Part shown: one piece after another, positions 46,978 through 56,300 of the stretch
Position numbering within the stretch: the first letter of the stretch is position 1
Layout: every line of letters begins with the position of its first letter
IMG/VR virus record: IMGVR_UViG_3300022602_002290
Span: 1-61,151 of that record
Strand: one strand, 5' to 3'
DNA from: a virus
Taxonomy: Duplodnaviria > Caudoviricetes
DNA length: 61,151 nucleotides
Notes under the pieces: model-generated
Databases searched by the model: none
Seen by the model: only the letters and a program-made list of their open reading frames with translations
Told to the model about the DNA's origin: nothing
Position numbers and translations under genes: made by a program

Positions 46978-47729
46978 TAGATTTTACAGTTCAAGACAAC
47001 GGATCGCAAGTATTCAGCGGCAAGATTCCCTATAATCTGTTAAATCATCTTACAGAAATTTTAGGATTTTCTAAAAACAATAGAGTAATAACATATAACA
47101 TCGACGGCAATTCTTTTAGTTTCAAAGGACCTGGAGATGATATTCTTTCAACAGGAACAGATGATCCTTCTCATTTTTCAAGATTAGTATATGACGGTGT
47201 TCAACACGCCAATGCTTTATATCAGCAAGCTCTACAAGATAGAAATTCATATGAGTTAATGCAACAACAACTAGATCAAGAAAAAATGACATTTGAAGCT
47301 AATGAAGCACAACGATTAACAGTAGAGGCATTTGATAATTTTAAAGAAATGCTAATTGCTCAGAAACAATTAACTGAAGAGCAAGCCCAATTAGCTGAAG
47401 CAGAAAAATTAAGACAAGATGAAAATAGAATAGCTCTTGTTAGAAGTATAGCATTAGATCCTTCAACAGCACCAGATGCACTACAATCTGAGTTTGGTCA
47501 AACAGGTGATGTAAGAAGACAGATAGCCGCTGTTATGACTGCCAATGTTGAAATTTCAAAATTAGTAGCGGCAGTCAATCCTATGTATTGGATGTCTAGT
47601 TATGAAATTATGTCAGTACTAGGATCTCAGTGTTCCGAAAATCAAAGCCTAGCACGTATAGTAGCAAATCAATTACCAGACGATAGTAATTTGAAAAAGA
47701 TGCTAACCAATTTTGGTTGGGTCAACTAA
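46953..47729 (+). CDS. Hypothetical coiled-coil protein
   Basis: Q/E/A-rich central helix. Confidence 0.7.
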   Translation: MYNTSTSLIDFTVQDNGSQVFSGKIPYNLLNHLTEILGFSKNNRVITYNIDGNSFSFKGPGDDILSTGTDDPSHFSRLVYDGVQHANALYQQALQDRNSYELMQQQLDQEKMTFEANEAQRLTVEAFDNFKEMLIAQKQLTEEQAQLAEAEKLRQDENRIALVRSIALDPSTAPDALQSEFGQTGDVRRQIAAVMTANVEISKLVAAVNPMYWMSSYEIMSVLGSQCSENQSLARIVANQLPDDSNLKKMLTNFGWVN

Positions 47730-49176
47730 ACACTTTAACTTTATATAAACTTTCAAAGTTACGTGCATCAGTAGTATTATTCACCATAGGTTTTCCTTTA
47801 ACATTAAGGCTGGTGTTTAACAACATAGGACATCCTGTCCGAGCATACCATAATTCTAAGAGTTGTCTGAAAGGTGATCCATCTTTTGGGACTGTTTGTA
47901 CACGAGATGTCCCGTCAGCATGAACGATAGCAGGAAATAAGTCAGGAACCCTACAACGAGCGATGACTTGCATATACCTACTGTTATTCCAACCGCTAGG
48001 CATATCAAAGTAAGTGTCACATAGCTCCTCCAAAATTGCGGGAGCAAATGGTCTAAATTGTTGTCGTTGTTTAATTGCATTTACTTTATCCTTTATATCC
48101 GGACCTCTAGGATCCGCTAACAAACTTCTATTACCTAAAGCACGTGGACCAAACTCTGCTCGTCCCCTAGCAAGTCCGCAAATTTTATTTTCTTCCAGAT
48201 AAGTTACGATCTTATCGTTAGTAGTTGTGCCGCCCATATCGTGTCCTAGATAAGGACCTGGCCATTCAATATGCATTTTGTCTACTGCTAATACTGAACC
48301 TACTGCGCTACCTGCATCACCAGGTGCTGGCATTATCCATGTCTTATCAAAATACTTTCCTGTAAGACGATTAGCAACACAATTTAATGCACAGCCTCCG
48401 CTCAACACTAGATTTTTACTTTTAGTTAGACGCTTGGCTTTTATTAGTAAGTGTTCAAAATAGTCTTCATATATCTTTTGTGTAGTAGCCGCTATATCAA
48501 AATCGCTTGCATCCGGCTTGTAGTCTTTAACGCCTCTATGACAGTTACGAATAAATTTTAAATTTCCGTAGTTGTCTATAAAGTCGTGGCTCATATCAAA
48601 ATATAGTTTACTTGCGTCCCCGTATGCTGACATTCCCATTAGAATATATTCTTCTTCGTTAGGTTTCAATCCTACACGCTGAGTCATTGCACTATAAAAT
48701 AATCCAATAGAATGCGGATAGATTAGGCTCCATAACTTCTTAAGTTTGTTTCCTTGGCCTTCCCAGATTGTGGCAGTTTCAAACTCTCCTATAGCGTCAA
48801 TAACAATAACACAGGCGTTGTCCCAACCGCTGGTATAATAGCCGCCAGCCGCATGACTATGATGATGTCCGGCAAATTCTAATTTTGTAGTGGGTAGATA
48901 CTCTTTTAGATATCTTCTGATGTTGTTTTCTTTAAGACGCAATCCTTGTCCTGCTGTAAATTGGCGCAGGGTTTTTAACAAGGGCTTTTCATACCAAACA
49001 ATTCTATCTGGTGTAAGTCCACGAAAGTGTAGATCGTATATTAAATCTTTATTCAGATCAGGGTCATTTTTTATACCGCTGTATCTTTCAGTCTCGGAAG
49101 CAAATATCAGTCGCTGATCAGCATATACAGCAACTGCCGCATTATGACTATTAGCTGATATGCCCCAGGTAATCAT
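47722..49176 (-). CDS. Carbamoyltransferase (NodU/CmcH/TobZ family)
   Basis: HHHSHAA, ID.IGE, GGCALNC, EFGPRALGNRS, FRPFAP and LLNTSLN. Confidence 0.95.
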   Translation of the reverse strand: MITWGISANSHNAAVAVYADQRLIFASETERYSGIKNDPDLNKDLIYDLHFRGLTPDRIVWYEKPLLKTLRQFTAGQGLRLKENNIRRYLKEYLPTTKLEFAGHHHSHAAGGYYTSGWDNACVIVIDAIGEFETATIWEGQGNKLKKLWSLIYPHSIGLFYSAMTQRVGLKPNEEEYILMGMSAYGDASKLYFDMSHDFIDNYGNLKFIRNCHRGVKDYKPDASDFDIAATTQKIYEDYFEHLLIKAKRLTKSKNLVLSGGCALNCVANRLTGKYFDKTWIMPAPGDAGSAVGSVLAVDKMHIEWPGPYLGHDMGGTTTNDKIVTYLEENKICGLARGRAEFGPRALGNRSLLADPRGPDIKDKVNAIKQRQQFRPFAPAILEELCDTYFDMPSGWNNSRYMQVIARCRVPDLFPAIVHADGTSRVQTVPKDGSPFRQLLELWYARTGCPMLLNTSLNVKGKPMVNNTTDARNFESLYKVKVFS

Positions 49177-49274
49177 TTGTATATATAAGGATCACGCATT
49201 CGTAACTGTTTAATGCGTTTGCGTTCTCTATACCAATGCAGTGGATTCATTAATATTTTTAGTAAGTTTCTCAT
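49173..49274 (-). CDS. Small basic peptide (33 aa, MRNLLKILMNPLHWYRERKRIKQLRMRDPYIYK), not in the ORF track
   Basis: RBS AAGGA; its stop overlaps the carbamoyltransferase start (ATGA). Confidence 0.65.
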   Translation of the reverse strand: MRNLLKILMNPLHWYRERKRIKQLRMRDPYIYK

Positions 49275-49938
49275 ATGTTTCCTTCAACCATTCGTAATCA
49301 TTAATCTTTAATAGTGCATCCGGATCATCTTTATTTACGGACCCGTATTCACGTCCTGCAACAGCACCCATATATCCTTGTGCGCCAAATGGTTCTGTTT
49401 CATTTAATGAACACCATGCGTTCAATCTCTGTTCGCTTTCGGCAGTAATTTGTCCATCGATTACCTTGCTAGATAATTTAACGCACTCTCTAAATGCTGA
49501 ACGCCATGCACTGAACGGATCTGTATTAAAGGCTGTAACGTTGCTGATTTCCGGCATAGCTTTAAACAATTTACTAATGCTGGTTGTCATGTCGGGCTTA
49601 GACAAATCCATTTCTATTGTAAGTTTCTTTGGTAGTAACTTAACTCCACCGTAACCATATTCTAGATTATTAAGCGGGTTTCGACTGCGCCACACATGCA
49701 CACATTCTAAATCCCATTCAGGAACTTTGTAATCAAAGTTGAACGAGTCTAATATTTGTGCATCACCGTCTACTACCCAAAACATTTCAGTAAAGCTCAT
49801 ACGTGCGGCTTTGATGTGCGCTTGATGTATGCCTTTAACATCTTTTACACGTTTAGCTAATGGGAACCGTGCCTTAACACGCTGATAGTTTTCTTCAGCA
49901 TTAGGTTCTTCATAACTGATAAAAATTAAATCATACAC
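49228..49938 (-). CDS. GT-A glycosyltransferase-like protein
   Basis: FISYEEPNA, VDGD (DxD) and WRSAFRECVK. Confidence 0.7.
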   Translation of the reverse strand: MYDLIFISYEEPNAEENYQRVKARFPLAKRVKDVKGIHQAHIKAARMSFTEMFWVVDGDAQILDSFNFDYKVPEWDLECVHVWRSRNPLNNLEYGYGGVKLLPKKLTIEMDLSKPDMTTSISKLFKAMPEISNVTAFNTDPFSAWRSAFRECVKLSSKVIDGQITAESEQRLNAWCSLNETEPFGAQGYMGAVAGREYGSVNKDDPDALLKINDYEWLKETYEKLTKNINESTALV

Positions 49939-50806
49939 GATTGAGCCTGTAAAATTCTTCGAATAGATCTACCATATTTTCGCTTTGTGCAGGATCTATT
50001 AATTGCAATTTTCCTTCAAAGAAGTTTTGTAGTTTCTTTCCATAATAGTCGCATGCGTATTCAACGTCATCACCAATAGTATTAAATTCTTCTTTGAGTA
50101 AATCAAAATCTCTGACTCTGGTTATATCCCAATCTGTTAACATAGTTTGATAACAGCCTTGTCTTGCACCTGCAATAGCCCAGAGACCGTTTTCTATATG
50201 ACTGCCTACTGTTAGCCATATTTTAAGTCTAAAAAGATTTTCCCACCAAATAGCTTCCCTAGCAGTATCTCCTTTGCAACGGATACCACGATCTAAACAC
50301 ATCTTAACACCTTCGCGGAATCCGGCACGCCATGCCTGATAAGGTGTTTTATTAATATGAGTTACTGAATAGCTTTTGGCTAACGGAATGTAACCTGACT
50401 CCCAACAGAAGTCTACATCGTTCTTACCAACTTCTGCGGCTTCGTGTGTACGCATATTCCATATGAACTCTCTGCGCCACGCTTTAAGGCTACCGTTACC
50501 GTAACGTAGTCCGTTAATAATATTTTTGCCTGGCCAACTGAATGCCTGTGCATTAGCATAAACATCTGTATCAATTTCTAAATCTAAAAAACTTTCGTCA
50601 ATGACATTGTCTGCATCTACAGTGACTAACCATTCTGTTTCGCTAATATCAGCCGCGGCTTTATGACAAGCGTCACTGCCCTTAACTCCGTGAACACGTT
50701 TTACCCAGGGAGCGATAGCTGACAGTTTTGCAAAGTTCATTTCGGCATTAGGTTCATCATAGCTGATAAACACCATATCGATTTCGTTAATTTTTAGTAA
50801 TGGCAT
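49931..50806 (-). CDS. GT-A glycosyltransferase-like protein (paralog of 49228-49938)
   Basis: FISYDEPNA, VDAD and WRAGFREGVK. Confidence 0.7.
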   Translation of the reverse strand: MPLLKINEIDMVFISYDEPNAEMNFAKLSAIAPWVKRVHGVKGSDACHKAAADISETEWLVTVDADNVIDESFLDLEIDTDVYANAQAFSWPGKNIINGLRYGNGSLKAWRREFIWNMRTHEAAEVGKNDVDFCWESGYIPLAKSYSVTHINKTPYQAWRAGFREGVKMCLDRGIRCKGDTAREAIWWENLFRLKIWLTVGSHIENGLWAIAGARQGCYQTMLTDWDITRVRDFDLLKEEFNTIGDDVEYACDYYGKKLQNFFEGKLQLIDPAQSENMVDLFEEFYRLNRV

Positions 50807-51347
50807 AAACTGATATATCCTTGGGTCCTGTGTAATCTAGTTCAATTGGCCGACCTTCCAGGAAATTGTCTAACTCAACTGTATAACTTGCATACAGGAA
50901 ATAAGGGTTACCTTTTTGAGTGACTTGTAAATTATACTGCTTTCCCTTGACCAAAGTCAACCTATCTATGTTTTCCTGATTGGTTAATGCACCAAAATAA
51001 TTTTTATCGTAGTTGAGAGTTAATCGGTTATCTTTTAGATTTACCATAATACAGCAATCAGCTATGAAATTCTCGTATGGGTTTATTACTTTAAGAGTTT
51101 CATTATCGTCATTCTTTACCACTCGAGAATGTGCTATTTTCTTTTTCCTAAAACCCGTAACTTCGTTGTTTTCTATGATAGGATAATAGTCTGCAAGATT
51201 TTTAAATTCTACAAAGAATGGCTCTATCAATTTCCAATCAACTGCCTTGACTGTGTATCCAGATTCTTCCTGAACGTGCAGTCCTGCAGAATGTATATTC
51301 AAGGAAGACGAGTCAAATTTTACAAAATGTCTTTGTATTTGTTCCAT
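50787..51347 (-). CDS. Hypothetical protein
   Basis: 186-aa coupled ORF. Confidence 0.7.
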   Translation of the reverse strand: MEQIQRHFVKFDSSSLNIHSAGLHVQEESGYTVKAVDWKLIEPFFVEFKNLADYYPIIENNEVTGFRKKKIAHSRVVKNDDNETLKVINPYENFIADCCIMVNLKDNRLTLNYDKNYFGALTNQENIDRLTLVKGKQYNLQVTQKGNPYFLYASYTVELDNFLEGRPIELDYTGPKDISVYAITKN

Positions 51348-52180
51348 ACTTTATCTTCCAATAGGTTAATTAGTGCATCAGAAATTAAATCTTTCTTTGT
51401 GTAATGCAAAATATCTTGTTGTACAAAAGGACCTAGCCTTACATTAAAATCTTTGTCATAGTAAAACGGAATGTGTTCAGTCCAATCGTCACTTAGTCCA
51501 ACCCCTTGTGATTTTGGTTTCATATGTGTAAATCTAGGAAACGGCAATTTAGGGTTACTTATGTCTTCAACTATGTCTAGCATCTTTGCGGCTAATGCGC
51601 ATGCTTCGTCAGTAGGTATACTTTCAAACTTGCAATTGATCAATTGATCCTTCCAAGTTTCTGGAAAGTCTGTGAGTGCTCTTAGCACATCAAAAAACTT
51701 AGTCGTTTCTCTGCTTTGTTTAAAATACAACCATCCTGAATAAAAGTCTGGAAGATTATTATCAACAAACACTTTGCGATAATACTTGTCCTCCATTGTA
51801 GTATTGCGAAATGTCATAGGACGAGTAGCGCACCAAAGATCATGCTTCTGCATGTGTGGCCACCAATGGCTAACATCATTAAGGAATAAGAAGTCTCCGT
51901 CGATAAACACAGTTTCTTCATAGGGAGTTAGTTCGTATGCACGTGAACGGCAGTTCATTCCCTTAGGACCTTCGTAATCTATTATATTATCAAATACCCA
52001 AGACAATTTTAAATTTTGTGCGTTGCGTACTTGATTGGTCGCAATTGATACTGAATTAAATCCATCTGGTTGTGTTAATTTAATAGTAAGAGCTGTGACA
52101 TAAGCCAGTCTAAGATAATCTGACTGTTTTGTAGGAAGTGCTATCATAAAATAGCCGCTAGGTAATCTTTTTTCAATCAT
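51320..52180 (-). CDS. GT-A (GT8-like) nucleotide-sugar transferase
   Basis: TPYEETVFIDGD, YSG..YF and HY. Confidence 0.7.
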   Translation of the reverse strand: MIEKRLPSGYFMIALPTKQSDYLRLAYVTALTIKLTQPDGFNSVSIATNQVRNAQNLKLSWVFDNIIDYEGPKGMNCRSRAYELTPYEETVFIDGDFLFLNDVSHWWPHMQKHDLWCATRPMTFRNTTMEDKYYRKVFVDNNLPDFYSGWLYFKQSRETTKFFDVLRALTDFPETWKDQLINCKFESIPTDEACALAAKMLDIVEDISNPKLPFPRFTHMKPKSQGVGLSDDWTEHIPFYYDKDFNVRLGPFVQQDILHYTKKDLISDALINLLEDKVWNKYKDIL

Positions 52181-52970
52181 TGGCCAACTCCGATAATTTA
52201 TCTAGGTTTGCCAACAGATCAAATTTATTCATCATATGAACATCTTGATCTTTAGTCTTTATTAAAAAATTTTCTATTCCTACTACCCATGCAAGATTAT
52301 CTTTGCTCACTTTGATTAAATTATCTTGATCATTAAAAAATACAGGACTAGGCAATGCTGTGTAGAAATCATTCATAGTGTGGCATGCAATGGTAAATGC
52401 ATAATCATTTCTAAATCTTCTTGTATCAAATTTATACAAAGCTCCATACCATTGCCAATTTTCTTTGATATGATCTACTAAGTTAAACAATGCTTCTACT
52501 TCTGGAGTCTTATTAAAAATTATGTTTGTTGCCCATAGCATATCTAAACTTGCAGGATCAAATCGTACATGACTTCCTTGTCTAGTAGGATGTAGATCTT
52601 TCATGCTTTCGCATATCATAAAATCATAATTGCTATCAAGGTATTCTTTCAATCTAGAGCTAAAGACTAAGAAATCGCTGTCAATTACTAATGTTCTATC
52701 ATATGGGGTTAGATGATATACAGAATTTCTATTGCCATTTTTAAAAGATATTTCTTTGCCAGCAAGTATTCTTTTGTTGCCAGAATCTGTGTTATCGGAA
52801 TAGACTACTGATTCAAATACGCCAATGTCAATAGCAGAAGCAGTAGCGGCATCTGTAATCAATGTTACAGGAATGCCAAGATGCTTCTTAACTAATCGTG
52901 CAGATAGAACTGCTTGTGGGCCATAGGCTATATCGCCATCATAGGCAAAAATTACGCAACCACATGTCAT
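52173..52970 (-). CDS. GT-A (GT8-like) nucleotide-sugar transferase
   Basis: TPYDRTLVIDSD and RNDYAF. Confidence 0.7.
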   Translation of the reverse strand: MTCGCVIFAYDGDIAYGPQAVLSARLVKKHLGIPVTLITDAATASAIDIGVFESVVYSDNTDSGNKRILAGKEISFKNGNRNSVYHLTPYDRTLVIDSDFLVFSSRLKEYLDSNYDFMICESMKDLHPTRQGSHVRFDPASLDMLWATNIIFNKTPEVEALFNLVDHIKENWQWYGALYKFDTRRFRNDYAFTIACHTMNDFYTALPSPVFFNDQDNLIKVSKDNLAWVVGIENFLIKTKDQDVHMMNKFDLLANLDKLSELAND

Positions 52971-53308
52971 AGGTCCACCAATTTTGCCGCTGTTCTTTTT
53001 TGTTTGATTTGATTGTAGTCTGTTAGGTATCTATTAGTAACTTCAAAGTAAGTACCAAGTACCCTAGCCTGGAAGGCTTCCAGATCTTCTATGTCTACAG
53101 GATAGCCATTATCATCTAATATAACAGCTGATCCGTAGTCTTTGATTGCATTGATAAAACCAATTAAGTTTCTATCAACTGTAAACATGCCGCCGTTAAA
53201 AGCTATAACGAGTTCAGCTTGTGCTTTGTCTTTTAGTCTCTGTCTTTCTACGCCTAATGCTTGTCTGTAATTAGCATGTTCTAGTGCTTTTATCAGTCTA
53301 TCGTCCAT
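52967..53308 (-). CDS. Hypothetical protein (possible tail-assembly chaperone)
   Basis: 113-aa ORF directly downstream of the virion-like genes; RBS AAGG. Confidence 0.65.
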   Translation of the reverse strand: MDDRLIKALEHANYRQALGVERQRLKDKAQAELVIAFNGGMFTVDRNLIGFINAIKDYGSAVILDDNGYPVDIEDLEAFQARVLGTYFEVTNRYLTDYNQIKQKRTAAKLVDL

Positions 53309-53318
53309 TTTCTACCTT

Positions 53319-56300
53319 TTAAGATGATGGAACTACTCCAGGATATCCAGGTGTGTAAGTATATGAACCATCTAAGTAATTATACCCGTGCGTCTGGGTG
53401 GTAGAAAAATTGAAAGGATAATTTGTAGTCATCGACACTCCTGGAATTCCCGACGAAGTTGCGTTTGACCCACCCTGTCCTGAATATTGATTTACCAATC
53501 CGATGATAACAATTAACGATTGTGCCTGGAATAGATTTGAATTGTCAAGGCCAACGTAGAAATCAAAATAGTTAGATGTATAATTTGCATCTGCTTCTGT
53601 GACTACAGCCGATTTGGTAATTCCAGGATTAGCAATAGGATCAGGATTGACCAACATACTACCACCGTAGACACCGTTTGTAAATCCGAGACTTGCACTA
53701 TAGCTAGGATTGTTATTGGTTTGATAGAATCTATCTTTAGTAAGCACTAGGGTTCCTACTCCAGTCAGCATATCATACCACGATTGGTTGAGTGCGTTCT
53801 GTGGATTTGGAGAAAAACTAAAACTCCAAGTTATAGAACCGCCACCGTTCCAGAAACTTCTAAATGCTGTATTGCTACCAAAATCTACTTGATAATGATA
53901 TCCATATACGCTATTAAACGCTACTTGAGTATGTCCTGTCCATGTTTGTGATGTTAGATGTGAAGGAGATGCTGTTGAACGGTTTGAATATACATAATCA
54001 ATTTGTGTTGATAATCTAGCATAATCATCATTAGTGATCAATTGATGTGCATCTCTAGTTCCGTCATTGTAATTAGAATTAGATATGTGTGATAGACAAA
54101 CATTTATGTCATTCGCTAACTGATCATATTCTGTTCCATAAATATCCCCGCTCGGTGACGATCTTTGTGAAACAGATGAACTTTGAATAAGTGAAGGTAC
54201 ACCCCAACCTAAATCAACTGTATTAGAATCAGGATTGCCTAATATTGAAGCTACTTTAGCCTGTAGTGTATTCCACTGTTGGTGTGTAACTACTACGTTC
54301 TGTAGTCCTACTCCGCCTCCTCCGCTTGCCGCTTGTACCGCTAGATTGAATGTAGCAGATACTGATTTTCCTGAAGCGTCTGTTCCTGTAACAGTATATA
54401 CTGTGGTCTGAGAACTTGATGCCGGAGTACCACTTACAGATCCAGTACTTGATGAAAAGTTTAAACCTGATGGAAGACTTGGACTGATACTAAAAGATAT
54501 TGATCCAGAGCCCTGACTAAATGAAACAGGGATAAACGGAGTTATTGCGGTGCCCGCTGTGATAGTCTTAGATGCAACGTTAACTGTTGATAAAATTGCA
54601 AAAGCTCGTCGAGCAAGATCTCCAAGATACACAACGATTGGATATTGTAAGTTGTGGTTAGGATAACTAGGATTCTCAACAAATGATCCTTGTGCCACAG
54701 CTTCTACCAAAACTCTACTGTTTCCTAATTCTGCTTGTAGTGTATTATAGAAAGGAACCTGTAGGCTAGGAACAACTAAAGTATCGTTTGGATTGTAATA
54801 AATCCAGAATTTTAAGTTAGAGTTATAAACTGCTGAATGCCAAGGTCCTGGACTTGATATACTTCCATATTGCCAGCGAGGACTGATTGCTTTTTCCTGT
54901 GCTTCTGAAGGAGATGCTGTTACCCCATTTATATAATTCTTTAATATATTTTGAGCTACAGTAGTAACGGTAGGATCAGTGTTTGCAATGATATCTGCAT
55001 CTTGTGGACCAACTACAGGAGCAACGCCGTTCCTTGGGTAGTGTCCAGTTGTATAAAGATATTGTTGTACAGCAAATGAAGAAAGATGTCCACCTGCGCT
55101 TGCACCTGATACAAGTAAGCCGTATGTAAGTACTGCATTATACACACCTACCCATAGTCCAGCACCACCGCCAACCATCATAAGGCCTAATACTGTTTCT
55201 ACGTCATTTACGTTAGCTGGAAAATAGTTGTTAGATGATCCGCCTGCTTTTGTGTAGTTGTTGTAATCATTTATATCTCCAGCCCCCGATACTCCTTGTC
55301 CGGTATTTGAATTAGCTAATCTATAATCCATGGCTACAATATAGTAACCTAATTTGGCCATAGAATTCATCTGGTGTTCGTCATTGATCCAATAGCCGCC
55401 CTGTGATGTTGTATATCCGTGACTAGATTTAGAACCTCCTGTCCAGCCGCCACCGTGTATCCAAAGTATAACACCCTTGGGGGTTCCACTAGGAACATAA
55501 ATGTCTACTGTCTGTTGCGGATCTGATCCGTAAGATACTTCATATGTAGCTGTGTAGTTTTGCGCCGCTATAACTTGTAAACTAAAATTAGCTGATGATG
55601 CACTACCGTTTCCATCTGTAACTGTAACGGTATACGAAGTGTTACCCATGGTGCTTGCAGGAGTACCTGTGATTTCTCCTGTAGCACTATTCATGGACAT
55701 ACCATTAGACACGGTAATCGGTGAATCTGCACTTCCTATGTTTGCAGAATAACCTGGCTGTATGAGCCATGTGCTGTAGGTAGCATCAGTTGGAGATGCC
55801 AACCAAGTAGGAGCAGTCAATCCACCACCAAAGATATTATCACCGATACCCCATCCTGTAGCTCCTGACACTACATGAAAATATGCAGATGTAAGATTTC
55901 CTGGTATGGCTTCTACCCAACCCGTAGCGGAGATACCTGCAGGTAACTGTGTGTTTAGTGTATAAGTTAATGCTCCAAATCCTCCACTACCTGTAACGGG
56001 TGTAAACGCAGTATTGACTCCGGCTGTGACTACTGTTGATGATTGAGCAACAGTGGCTGTAGGAAGACTTGGAAACAATGCATAAAGAACTTTGTTGTTG
56101 CCACCTTGTATACTAGAATAGTCAAAGTTGTTATAGATAAATTGATTGTTGATCATTTGCCCACCTTTTGCATTGGTGGTCATGTAAGAAAGAGCGGCCG
56201 CCTGTTGTGCTGTTGGAAATGCTTCTAGCAAACATGCGATAACACCAGTTACTTGAGGAGTAGCCTGAGAGGTACCATTAACTTTACCTATATAGTAACT

